DNA of 64,000 nucleotides from Macrostomum lignano (lineage: Eukaryota): assembly GCA_002269645.1 (NCBI GenBank), contig NIVC01002548.1:62001-126000 (forward strand). The letters run 5' to 3'. Positions within the stretch are counted from its first letter, which is position 1, and every line of letters begins with the position of its first letter. A model generated the notes under the pieces. The model was given only the letters and a program-made list of their open reading frames with translations. It was not told the DNA's origin and did no database searches. Of this stretch, positions 51,079 through 61,777 are shown piece by piece. The position numbers and the translations under genes were made by a program.

Positions 51079-51396
51079 GCGTCCTTCTACTTTAATAGTT
51101 TCAAGGACCGCATGAATATGTAGTCTAGTAGTCCTTGAGTAGTTCTAGTTCTAGTAGAGATGGAGTTGGAGTCGGAAAACGGGTGGATCATTCATTCTTT
51201 ATTTTAAACAAAAGAACAATAGGAATGAGATAAATGCATAAATTTAGCTAAAAAATAAATGTAATTTAAAAAGCAATAGTTTTTATCATTTGGTTAATTA
51301 AATGCTAGACATTTAGCCTTGCCTTTGTTGGCAATGAAAATTTGTTTATCTTTATTGCATCTAGAGTTAAAATTTAAAGTCGGTTGCATTGCGTGC

Positions 51397-51530
51397 CAGT
51401 TCAGACAATTCAGACTGGGGGACAATTTTGTCTATGGCTAAACCTTGCTTCGGTGGCAGAATGCTTTGAACTGGGGTTTGTTTCTATTGATTTTCTGTAA
51501 GCGTTGCCCCAGTCTGAATTGTCTGAATTG
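51397..51530. mobile_element. 134-bp mini-MITE with 24-bp TIR (CARTTCAGACAATTCAGACTGGGG)
   Basis: 51397-51420 vs reverse complement of 51507-51530: 23/24 match. Confidence 0.7.
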
Positions 51531-51954
51531 AATTTCTGCTAGTTTTTTTTAGAACTGGACTTTGGTCAAAATTAGAGGTGAAAAGGTGTAATATTATAAT
51601 ATATTAAGCCTATTAGGCCTATTTTTAGGGATTACAGTCATTTCGGTGACAAGACGTTTTAGTGACAAGCAAGTCATTTTGGTGACAAGAAAAATCCCTT
51701 TAGTGATGTCCATTTTGTTTTTCAACAGTAAATTACCTTGCAACTCTTAAGGGATATCATACCCTAACTTTTTAATAATTTTCTGAAATGGTTAAGTAAT
51801 TAGCTAATTGATTAACTACTAATTGCTTAATTATTGCTTATTGCTTATTATTATTAGTCCTTAATCATATGAAAATAGAATGAAATGGGCCTAAGCATAT
51901 AAAAATTATATTTATAGATCAAATTAGGTCTAACTCTAAGGCTAAGCCTAGGCC

Positions 51955-52628
51955 CCATAGTCAGGAAGGTGGCAGTTTGGTCGGAAAATTCCGGCGCACA
52001 CAAGCCCTTTTTGGGCACACAACGGCGCACAACGGCGCACAGCGGCGCGCCACAACAGCGCACAGCGGCGCACTGGCGCACAGCGGCGCACAACGGCGCA
52101 CACCAGAGGACACCGGCGCATGGCGGCGCGGCGGGGCGGGCGCCGCGCCACATGCAGCGTTACCCTTGTGGCGATCCCATGTAACGATGTAAGTCGTTAC
52201 TTGTTACAGTACACTATTCACTGTTCTATCTAATGTAACACTGCATTCTACCAAAAAAAAAATAAAATAAAATATTTTCCTTTTCCTTTTTACCTTTGTT
52301 TTTGCCATTTGCTTACTTTTTATGTTTGTTTTGTTTTAAAAATTAGAAATTAAATTAAAAATTTTTTAAATTTCTATTTTCGAATTTCTATTTCTATTTT
52401 CAGATCTCAATTTCTCATAATATAATATAGATAGCCCGTAACCGTCCCGTATATTGGCGCACAAAAATTGTTGCTATGTTGTAAAAAAAGGTCTTTTATT
52501 GTCGCAAGGCAGGTAGTGGCGGGCGCACAACGGCGCACACGAGGGTTTTTGTGTCGGCGCACGGCGCACAATTTTGGGAGAGGCCAAAATTTGTTCCGGC
52601 GCACACTCTGCCACCTTCCTGACTATGG
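51955..52628. mobile_element. MITE with perfect 21-bp TIR CCATAGTCAGGAAGGTGGCAG and many CGGCGCAC(A) motifs
   Basis: TIRs at 51955-51975 and 52608-52628; GC-rich subterminal motif clusters around an AT-rich core; flanked by CCTAGG motifs. Confidence 0.8.
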
Positions 52629-52732
52629 CCTAGGCCTAAGGTTTAGTTTAATCACAATAATTTTTTTAAATCAGTTTATAAGCTAAGGTGTGCCTTTCAT
52701 TAGTCTAGGTTAAGGCTAGTCTATACCTACCA

Positions 52733-53261
52733 TAGGGGTGCCAATCATTTTGTCTACTGACAGTTTGTCTGCTGAGCAAACGAAAAGTTTTCTCTTTCTG
52801 GGGTGGGAAGCTGCCCAACCCGCAACTTCTTTATTCATTAACATTGTTAAACTGCTGTACGGATGGTTGATCTCTTCAAAATGAATATCTTCAAAATATG
52901 TCATGTGTGGATTATAGTGCCTACTGGAAATTTTGTCAATTTGAATAATTTTGAATAACTAGGCCTATTTGCCGATATTTTATCTTTTTCAAATTTTTAG
53001 CAATTTCCTTCTACTACTTCCTTCCTTCTACTTTCCTTCCTTCTAGCAGTTTGTTAAAATTATAAAAGACTAGGCTATATGCAGCGCTTTATAACAATGT
53101 TAATAGACAAAGGCAGCTCCCCCAGTCCCTCAGCTCCCTAGCTCCCTACCCCTACTCTTTATCCCCACCCATTTCCCAGCAGACAAACAGTTTTAGAAGG
53201 AAAGGGTGTTTCGTCTACTCAGTAGATGAACTGTTGGCAGACAAATGAACTAGAAACCCTA
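52733..53261. mobile_element. Old MITE-like element with diverged ~60-bp inverted ends starting TAGGG
   Basis: TCATTTTGTCTACTGACAGTTTGTCTGCTGAGCAAACGAAA aligns imperfectly to the reverse complement of ~53205-53250. Confidence 0.4.
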
Positions 53262-55087
53262 CCATAGCTACACAAAGGCAAAGCTACATGATTGCACTAG
53301 GCCTAACATAAATTTTATATTAGGCCTATTAGTAGGAGCTAGTAGGGTTAGGCCTACCTATGACTATATTTAATATATATTATGAAATAAAGGTTAGACA
53401 GGATTGAAATCTTTGGGCAAGATTTGGATTGGGAATAATTTTTTTTCTTAGGATTGGGATTAGGATTGGGATTCGGGAATTGGGATCAATACTTTTAATA
53501 TATTGTAGCTTGTAGGTCTATATAAAGTTAAACAAAATTGAGCAAAAATGTCAAGATCAAAAATTAAAATATGTTGTAGGGCTCTTTTATTATTCTTAAA
53601 GTTCTTTTTCTGCTATTAATGTTGTCAAAGGCTTACTTCTGCAGGTCTATTAAGTTTCTAATGTTGGTAGCTGCCACCAAGACTATTCTATTAATAAATT
53701 ATGAGTTTATTAACCTTATAATAAGTCTAATAATATTGTTTCTTAGAATATGTCTTAGTATTTGATCTGAATATTTATCTAAATATAAGTCTAAGTACTT
53801 GGTCTATGAATTATTCTTATAATACTATTTGGCCCTCATGAGTATCATTCTTCTGTTATTCTGGTAGTGTTTCTATTAGTAATTTGGCCTGAGTGGTAGG
53901 GGGCCTATATTGGCTTACTGGTATATGTATTGCATATACTTTCCAACCCTATTGGAATAAGTTTTCAGACACTGTGGACAGTGCATCTAGTGCGCCATGG
54001 CAATCATAAAGTGGCCTGGACGGTGCGTCATGACAATCTTCAAATCCTAAGGTGGTATGGACGATGTGTCATTCAAATCTTCAAATCCTAGGGTGCCATA
54101 GCACTCTAGGTTTAGGTGATATTGTGCATGACTCCAGTCTCTATCATGTTCATTCTGATGATGCATCACTCGTTTTTGAGAGATTTAAAGAGATTGAGAG
54201 AAAGTTGTGTGTTTTACCGCACTTGTGTTTTACTGCACTCTGTTCTGTACTGTACTTCTGCCCCCTTCTGTTGTAGTTGTATCTATTTCTTAATTCTTAG
54301 TCTACTCGTCTTTTGACTTACAAAGTTACATTGTTGGTCTATTCAAAGAAAAATAAATAATGTAAATAGTGTGGCAATTGCATCAGTGAGTACTTAAAAT
54401 AATTACGAACACTGAAACCCTTTACTTCAATTTGGCTAATCGGTTAATACAAAATGAAGAAACTCCGTGATGAACAACACAGAGTTCACGAACAAACAAA
54501 ATTGTCTTTGCCTTATCCACACACTTTTTCAGTAGTAGTTGTAGCACTTTGGCTCGGGTCGGGTTATCAAATCTGATAACTATTTAGCATGGTGTTTCGA
54601 AGAATATTTTCACATTTAAATGTCAGCATAAATAAATGTACGCGCAACCAATCAAAAAGATAATTAAACAAAGCAGAAAATTTGTTGAGACTTTTAATAG
54701 AATTTAGTTTACTTTTTTATTTCTTGCAACTGCGTTATAAGAGAACATTAAGAGCAATTAGCATTTGGCACTATGTTATAATGTTTATGAGGCAATAAAG
54801 AACATTTCTGCTGCGATCTTTCAACTACAATTTCCAATTTTACGATTAACTTGCATGCATATTCTAGATGACACAGCAATCAATACATATGATAGGAGAT
54901 ATGCTATACTATAGCCCATAGCAATATTATCAAAGTTATAGAAATTAGAAAAACAAGTTTTACTTACAGTTTGCTGAATTTCCACCGTGCTGCTGACTTT
55001 CTCCTGTGCATGCTTCTCATCCTTGTTCAGCAGCGCTGTATGTAGCGCGTGATGTCCTCCTTGCATCTTACCTGTGAGCTGCTGTGC

Positions 55088-55128
55088 GTCATGGCGCATG
55101 GCGCGCATAGCGCGCCATGCGCCATGAC
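55088..55128. other. Perfect 19-bp GC-rich inverted repeat with a 3-nt loop
   Basis: GTCATGGCGCATGGCGCGC-ATA-GCGCGCCATGCGCCATGAC. Confidence 0.9.
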
Positions 55129-56740
55129 TATGAGGAAAAAGAAAAAGTGCGCCGGACGCCGTCCGCGAAAATACCACTTATTCCAATAGGGCTTTCCAAG
55201 TCCTCCAAGCCTCCAGTTATTCTTAACATATGTCGATTCAGATCTACTTTGTATTCTCTTACTACTTAATACTGCTGCTTCTTAGTAGTATGTACTGTAT
55301 TTGCTTCAGTCTACTTTACTCTTACTTTCAAAAAAAATTAACACAGGAAAACACCTTCAATTATATTTTTGGAACTCTTATTCTTTGCTATTAACTGTTT
55401 TGTTAGTGAACTGCAATGCGCGAGATTGTCTTTTCCTCTGCCAAAATTTGCTTCTATTTCTACTATTTTTACTTGTAAATTAAAACAAAACTTGTATTTG
55501 TAAAATATTATGAGAAAATCGTACAATATAACAAATCATTTGCTTAGTTTTAGGCATGAATTTGAAAACATTGTTACTTGTAGAAATATAGATTGCCCTG
55601 CACAAATAAAACAAAATTGATGCAAAGTTTTATAACCAACAAAGTAATAATGTAATGGATGATATGAATACAAGGTAAAACAAAATATATTCAAGCAATC
55701 ACTAATTCTATAAATTTTTAATCAAAAGACCTATTCCCGATTCTTGTATTTTTTTAGGGTTGGGATTCTAGTCCCGTGGAAATCCAATTCTCCTCAGGAT
55801 CCCGAGATTTCAGGATTGGGATTGGAATCCTGTTTGACCTCTATTATGAAATCTTTTTGTACCTATTGGCATTAGGTCTAGCTTTTTATGAATCTAAAAA
55901 GAGGCCTATATTTTTCTACTAGGCCTAATATGAATGTTTTTTTTAAGTAAGGTTAAGGGCTTAGATTTAGAAATATTCTTTTATCCTAATTTAAATAAAA
56001 TTAGTTAATTTTAATATTTAAATAAATCTTGCTTTGGACTTTGGAGCCTTGGAAACTGAAAGATATAACTTAGCTAGCCTTGGTCTTGGGCCTAATAAAA
56101 ATAACAAGAGATAATAGTAATGTAGCTATAATAGTATAGCTAAGGGAAGGGGAATACAGGGATATATCCCCCCATTTGATGATTTATAAGAAATAAAAAT
56201 TAGGTTTTTTTGGAAAAAAACAAAATAAAGTGGCTTAGACTTAACAAAATTGCCAAAAATTGATCTATTTCACTTGTAAATTACTAATAAAATGTTTTAA
56301 ACAATATTTCTACAAATTCCTAGTTCCTAAAATGCCCTGGCCTAGTCAAGATAGATGTCTACTGGCTTTATTTTGATTTTAATAAAGTAAAGTTTTTAGC
56401 CTAAAAACATTATTTTGGTACTTTCTAAAGGTAATATTTCAAGCAAAAAAAATAAATAACTATTTTATTAGTCTATAATTTTGTCCCTAAAAGCTATCCC
56501 CTCCTTTTTAAAATATTAGCTACACCACTGATTTACTATAATATGTATAGATAGCTATTAGGCCTAGTATTAGTTAAATAATTATATTAGACTTTTAGGC
56601 TATAGCATAAAAATGATTATCTTGAACTTTCTATTTAATTGTTTTGAAAAATCAATAAAGAACCTAATTAGAAACCACTTTTACAACTATGTTAATATGA
56701 GTAGTTGAATTCATTTACTTGCTGTATTTTTTAGTTGCAG

Positions 56741-56873
56741 ATGTCAAACACAACAGGCATGGCTAATTTGAATCTAACTGGTGATGATGGCACAGTGCCA
56801 ACTGAGGATGAGGTTAACCCATGGGAGGTGCACGCCTCATCTGCTACTGGTGTGGACTATGACAAACTTATAA
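56741..56873 (+). CDS. WARS1: Cytosolic tryptophanyl-tRNA synthetase, first coding exon
   Basis: MSNTTG...EDEVNPWEVHASSATGVDYDKLI; A|GTGAGT donor (phase 1). Confidence 0.9.
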
Positions 56874-56977
56874 GTGAGTGCACTGCAGTGGATGCTAATT
56901 GTCTTCTCCTCTAAAATTTAATAGAGCCAACTTATAGACGATATGATACTCATTTTCAGAGATAAAAAGTCTAGAAA

Positions 56978-57585
56978 ACACGGGGATTATTGCTTGGGTT
57001 ATCAAGGTTGTCAAATTCCAGATTTCTATGAAACACTAGGATTACGACTATTGCTTCAGTTATCAAAGGTGTCAAATTCCAAATTTTTAGGAGACACGGG
57101 ATTATTGCTTAGATTATCAGTGCTGTCAAATTCCAAGAAACACGGGGATTATTGCTTGGATTATCAGTGCTGTCAAATTCCAGGAAACACGGGGATTATT
57201 GCTTGGGTTATCAGTGCTGTCAAATTCCAGGAAACACTGGGATTATTGCTTAGATTATCAGTGCTGTCAAATTCCAAGAAACACTGGGATTATTGCTTGG
57301 ATTATCAGTGCTGTCAAATTCCAGGAAACACGGGGATTATTGCTTGGGTTATCAGTGCTGTCAAATTCCAGGAAACACGGGGATTATTGCTTGGATTATC
57401 AGTGCTGTCAAATTCCAAGAAACACAGGATTATAGCTTGGGTTATCAGTGCTGTCAAATTCCAGGAAACACGGGGATTATCGCTTGGGTTATCAGTGCTG
57501 TCAAATTCCAAGAAACACAGGATTATAGCTTGGGTTATCAAAGGTGTCAAATTCCAGATTTCCAGGAAACACGGGGATTATTGCT
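56978..57585. repeat. 47-bp minisatellite (GGGATTATTGCTTGGGTTATCAGTGCTGTCAAATTCCAGGAAACACG), ~12 copies, in WARS intron 1
   Basis: GATTATT recurs at 57194 and 57241 (period 47); outer copies carry small insertions. Confidence 0.92.
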
Positions 57586-57621
57586 CAAATATTTTGTTCC
57601 GAATTCCCACCTTGATGCCAG

Positions 57622-57967
57622 AGCGATTCGGCAGCAGTCCCATTGACTCAGCGCTGCTCAGCAAGTTCGAGACCGCCCTCGGCCAGCCTCCGCACTTCCT
57701 TCTTCGCCGCGGAATCGTGTTCTCCCACCGGGACATGGACCAGATCCTCGCGCTGCACAGTCAGGGCAAGCCCTTCTTTCTCTATACCGGACGGGGTCCC
57801 TCGTCCGAGGCGATGCACATGGGCCACGTGATTCCCTTCCTGTTCACCAAATGGCTGCAGGAGGCCTTCAACGTGCCGCTGGTGATCCAGATGACTGACG
57901 ATGAGAAATTCCTGTGGAAAGATATCAGCTTGGAGACGGCCAGGAGTTACACTACCGAGAATGCTAA
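57622..57967 (+). CDS. WARS1: Tryptophanyl-tRNA synthetase exon 2 (HIGH-like motif)
   Basis: TGCCAG|AG acceptor; RFGSSPID...[12 protein letters not shown]...[16 protein letters not shown]...[13 protein letters not shown]; AA|GTGAGA donor. Confidence 0.96.
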
Positions 57968-58077
57968 GTGAGAGCGCGGTGGGGAGCGATATTGCCTTTT
58001 GTGCTACTTTTAGTAGCATATAAATCGTATCAGTTATAAAAGCTTTATAAAAAGCTTTAGCTGAGACATCATTAGAA

Positions 58078-58776
58078 TCTCCCTCTACAATCCTTAGAAT
58101 CGCCCTCTATTATCTTCAGAATCGCCCTCTATTATCCTCAGAATCGCCCTCTATTATCCTCAGAATCGCCCTCTATTATCCTCAGAATCGCCCTCTATTA
58201 TCCTCAGAATCGCCCTCTATTATCCTCAGAATCGCCCTCTGTTATCCTCAGAATCGCCCTCTATGATCCCCAGAATCGCCCTCTATTATCTTCAGAATCG
58301 CCCTCTATTATCTTCAGAATCGCCCTCTATTATCTTCAGAATCGCCCTCAATTATCCTCACAATCGCCCTCTATTATCCTCAGAATCGCCCTCTGTTATC
58401 CTCAGAATCGCCCACTATGATCCTCAGAATCGCCCTCTATGATTCTCAGAATCGCCCTCTATGATCCTCAGAATCGCCCTCTATTATCCTCAGAATCGCC
58501 CTCTATTATCCTCAGAATCGCCCTCTATTATCCTTAGAATCGCCCTCTGTTATCCTCAGAATCGCCTTCTATTATCCTCAGAATCGCCCTCTATTATCCT
58601 CTGAATCGCCCTCTATTATCCTCAGAATCGCCCTCTGTTATCCTCAGAATCGCCCTCTGTTATCCTCAGAATCGCCCTCTATGATCCTCAGAATCGCCCT
58701 CTGTTATCCTCAGAATCGCCCTCTATGATCCCCAGAATCGCCATCTATTATCTTCAGAATCGCCCTCGATTATCCT
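58078..58776. repeat. 22-bp satellite (CAGAATCGCCCTCTATTATCCT), left block (~31 copies), in WARS intron 2
   Basis: Seen directly. Confidence 0.95.
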
Positions 58777-58875
58777 TGACTTACTTCTTGACTTAGCTGC
58801 AGGGCTGTCCCGAAGGGGACACAGCGGGAAGGCGCGGGCGCCCATTCCGCTAGTCCCTGAACGGCCGACGCGTCG

Positions 58876-59706
58876 CTATGGACGGAGGGTTGGCGCCGCC
58901 CAGGGAGGTCCCCCAGTGTCGCCAGCAGCTATGGTGCTCTCTGGAAAGGAGAGTTCAGCCCTGCGGGTGGCCCGAAGGTAGCGCATGAGCTGATTAAAGT
59001 TTTCGGGTTTGCACGCTTGAGTAATAGATGTGTGTGGCCCGAGGTAAGTGAGTCTGGCCCGCGTGAAGGCGGGACAGATGCTGACGAAATGCTCAGCGGT
59101 TTCGTCACCTGAGTTGCAGAAGCTACAGGTGGCGTTGGTGGCGTTGCCCTGCAGGTACTGGTGCCTGGAGAAGCAGCCGTGACCAGAGAGGGTCATGGTG
59201 GCAGCCCGGATGTCTCTGCGCGAGAGGCGCAAGAGGAGCTTCCGGAGCTGGTGAGAGGGCTGAGGGACAGCGTCTCTGGATTGCCTGCAGTTCGTGCGGT
59301 TCGCCCAAGTCGAGCGGTGCTGAGTCCTGATCCACGCTTTGATGCGCGAGTCGATGACACAGCCAGGAATCGGGACAAGAGGTTCGGGGCCGAGAGAGGA
59401 GCCGGAGGCACCAACTTTTGCAAGGGTGTCAGCCAACTCATTTCCTCGGATCCCCACATGCCCCGGAACCCACTTAAGGGTAATTTTGTTGGCGGAACCC
59501 AACATGTTGAGGAGTTTGATACAGTCGAGGACTGTAGCAGAGTTGGTGCTGCAGCCACTGATGGCGTGCAAGGCAGCTTGGCTGTCCGAATGGAAAATGA
59601 TGTTCTTACCAGTGTTCTTCATCAGATTTACTGACGCAGATACGCAATGCTGTAAATTAATTTGCAGACAGAATGTCGCTCCTTTGGCAGCGTGGAGCTT
59701 AGTCAT
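58876..59706 (-). CDS. LINE ORF2 deletion derivative: ~28 aa of the AP-endonuclease N-terminus fused in frame to the C-terminal part of RNase H and a CCHC finger
   Basis: LQINLQHCVSASVNL joins directly to MKNTGKNIIFHSDSQAAL...WVPGHVGIRGNELADTLAK...CSFC..ETAEHFVSICP. No RT motifs. Confidence 0.85.
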   Translation of the reverse strand: MTKLHAAKGATFCLQINLQHCVSASVNLMKNTGKNIIFHSDSQAALHAISGCSTNSATVLDCIKLLNMLGSANKITLKWVPGHVGIRGNELADTLAKVGASGSSLGPEPLVPIPGCVIDSRIKAWIRTQHRSTWANRTNCRQSRDAVPQPSHQLRKLLLRLSRRDIRAATMTLSGHGCFSRHQYLQGNATNATCSFCNSGDETAEHFVSICPAFTRARLTYLGPHTSITQACKPENFNQLMRYLRATRRAELSFPESTIAAGDTGGPPWAAPTLRP

Positions 59707-59745
59707 ACTGTATTAAATGCAGTGTCTGGCTAGAGCCCAGGGCCA

Positions 59746-61308
59746 TCAAGGAGACTTGGACAACAGATCGTCCTCGTCCCAGGCCGCTGGGGCTTGACTG
59801 GGAGATGGGAGTTGGTCGACGTCCATGGCCTCCTCACCCCCACCGGCCCCCCCAGCAGAGTCCTCAGGCTCCGATGACAGGATGGAGGAAGCTTCCTCAC
59901 CTGCATCTTTACCTTCAGACCCCACCAGGGTGGCCGAGGAGAGCTCGGATTCCGAAGACCCGGCCTCGTCCTCAACTCCTTCTCCGACTGGCAGGTTTGG
60001 TTCCCGGGGCTTGGCCGGAGCCGTTACCACGGTCGCCGAACTGCTGCTAGCAGAGGGGCGAGACGCAGCTTTGGCTTTGGGATCGGCTTGCGCCTTTCCT
60101 TGGGCCTTAGACTGCGCCCCGCTCTTGCCGGAGATGCCGGGGTTGGCAGTAGCCTTCCCTTTGGCAGACTTTCCTCGGCGCATCTTGAGCTTGAGGGCAC
60201 CCAGCTGGAAAGAGGATCCATTAGGGTACCGACTCGCCCAAGTGCTGGAAAGGCCGAGGACAATTGAGTTGCCCGTCTCCCCCCTGCGGACTTTGCGGTG
60301 ATACACCAGTCCACTAGCAGGGAGGTCGGGGTTCAGACGCAGTAGGACCCGGCGAATAACGTCTGGTCCAGCTGCGGTGCTCTTAGCAGGGACGAAAACC
60401 ACATAGGGTATCGTCTTTGGACGCTGGCCCTCGCGAAGAAAAAGAGCTCCGCCAAGGTCAGCATCCAAGGAGACCGTCGGTAGCCACTGGAGCAGCTGCC
60501 GAGCGTTCTCCTCGCTGCTAGGAGCAATAAGAACGAATGTGCTTCGCAGCACCATCCGCTCAATGCCGATGGAGATTCCCTCCTCGACAGTCAGCTCAAT
60601 CAGATAGGAGTCAACAGCACTCCACACTTTTTGAAGCTGATCAGTGGTCCAGTCCTGGTCGCGACCTTGGATGATCACTCCCGGGAGTTTGGCCTTGGCC
60701 TTCGCCGCAAAGGTAGCTCCCGAAGGAACCTCCTTGTTGGCAGTGGCCATTTGTTGCGCCGTGGTTTCGGCCTCAGCAGCCGCAGCAGCATCTCCAGGGA
60801 GCGCCGCCGCTGAACTACCGGAGCTTCCACCGGCCGGCCCGTCTGGTTGCCTTGGGACGCCAGTCGCTTCAGCATCCATGGTGGACGCCGCCGCTTTGGC
60901 CCCCGCAGCTCCCTTCTTGGCCTGCCTTTTGGCGCGTTGTTTAGCGCGTTTGCGCTCAAGCCGAGCCCGCTGAGCTTCGTCGGATCTGCCAGATTTGGCC
61001 GGTCCTTTAGGCTCAGAGCTCGCGGTTCCCTTAGATCCACCAGCGGAGCTGGCAGGTCTTTGGGTATTTTGAGTTTGGTAGCTCTGGTCGAATCTGCCAG
61101 CAGAGCCAGCCGGTCCTTCCTTTGCCACAGTTGAATCAGTCGGTTGGGATCTGCCAGCAGGGCCGGCCGGTCCTTCGGACTGAGGTTGGGGTTTAGAAGG
61201 GTCCCCGTCCCTAGAAATAGCTTGTTTATCCATAGTCGGCTCGAAGGCCATGATAGAAGGTTGGTGGGCTACCCTCAAAGGGGCGCGGTACCCACCCGGC
61301 CGCTCCAC
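59746..61308 (-). CDS. LINE ORF1 (gag-like, 520 aa), uninterrupted
   Basis: Long open frame directly upstream of ORF2, with low-complexity and basic termini and a central globular region (DUF4780-like by eye); no CCHC knuckle seen. Confidence 0.75.
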   Translation of the reverse strand: MERPGGYRAPLRVAHQPSIMAFEPTMDKQAISRDGDPSKPQPQSEGPAGPAGRSQPTDSTVAKEGPAGSAGRFDQSYQTQNTQRPASSAGGSKGTASSEPKGPAKSGRSDEAQRARLERKRAKQRAKRQAKKGAAGAKAAASTMDAEATGVPRQPDGPAGGSSGSSAAALPGDAAAAAEAETTAQQMATANKEVPSGATFAAKAKAKLPGVIIQGRDQDWTTDQLQKVWSAVDSYLIELTVEEGISIGIERMVLRSTFVLIAPSSEENARQLLQWLPTVSLDADLGGALFLREGQRPKTIPYVVFVPAKSTAAGPDVIRRVLLRLNPDLPASGLVYHRKVRRGETGNSIVLGLSSTWASRYPNGSSFQLGALKLKMRRGKSAKGKATANPGISGKSGAQSKAQGKAQADPKAKAASRPSASSSSATVVTAPAKPREPNLPVGEGVEDEAGSSESELSSATLVGSEGKDAGEEASSILSSEPEDSAGGAGGGEEAMDVDQLPSPSQAPAAWDEDDLLSKSP

Positions 61309-61777
61309 CTGACCGGGCAGTAGGCCAATAGCACCCTCAAGGCTGGCCCGACACCAGGAGGGGACCGCTTGCGACCGGACTACTCCCCGGCCTTCCAGCC
61401 CATCGGCACGGTCAACACCTTAGGCATTAGAGAGTACGTTGAGCAGTACCACGGCCTGCAGGTTGGCGAGCCAGACCCGCATACCCAAATTCGGCCGAAG
61501 CCACTGGATAGGGTCGCCAGCGCCGGAGCCCAGTCTGTCCAGCAGCCCTAGGGACTGCCTTGAACACACGCGGGGACGAGTACCCTGGGTCGACTTGCGA
61601 GACAGCGTGGGGGGGTCTGCGGCTGCCAGAGGCAAATAGAGGGTGCAGACCTCCCACCAGCCTTGACCTGCTGAAGATAGGGGCAGGCGTGAAGCATCGC
61701 AGACCTTAGCCCATGGGCCTAGTCTGTCTCATACTTCACTGGCATGCTGAATACGCCTTCGCGTGCACCTTCGCGTG

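Larger units (their letters stand above)
58777..61777 (-). mobile_element. Non-LTR retrotransposon (RNase H-bearing, Loa/R1-like), internally deleted, inserted in the 22-bp satellite
   Basis: TSD CGATTATCCT at 58767-58776 and 61778-61787; 3' tail of (T)AAGTCAAG-type repeats; ORF1 followed by a shortened ORF2. Confidence 0.9.

Noticed and set aside
56125-56530. MITE with CAGTGGTGTAGCTA-type end
   Set aside because: Only the right end is clear; the left end is too degenerate to delimit.
56943-57621. N-terminal two-thirds of the 342-aa ORF
   Set aside because: Read-through of the 47-bp intronic minisatellite; the real exon begins at acceptor 57622.
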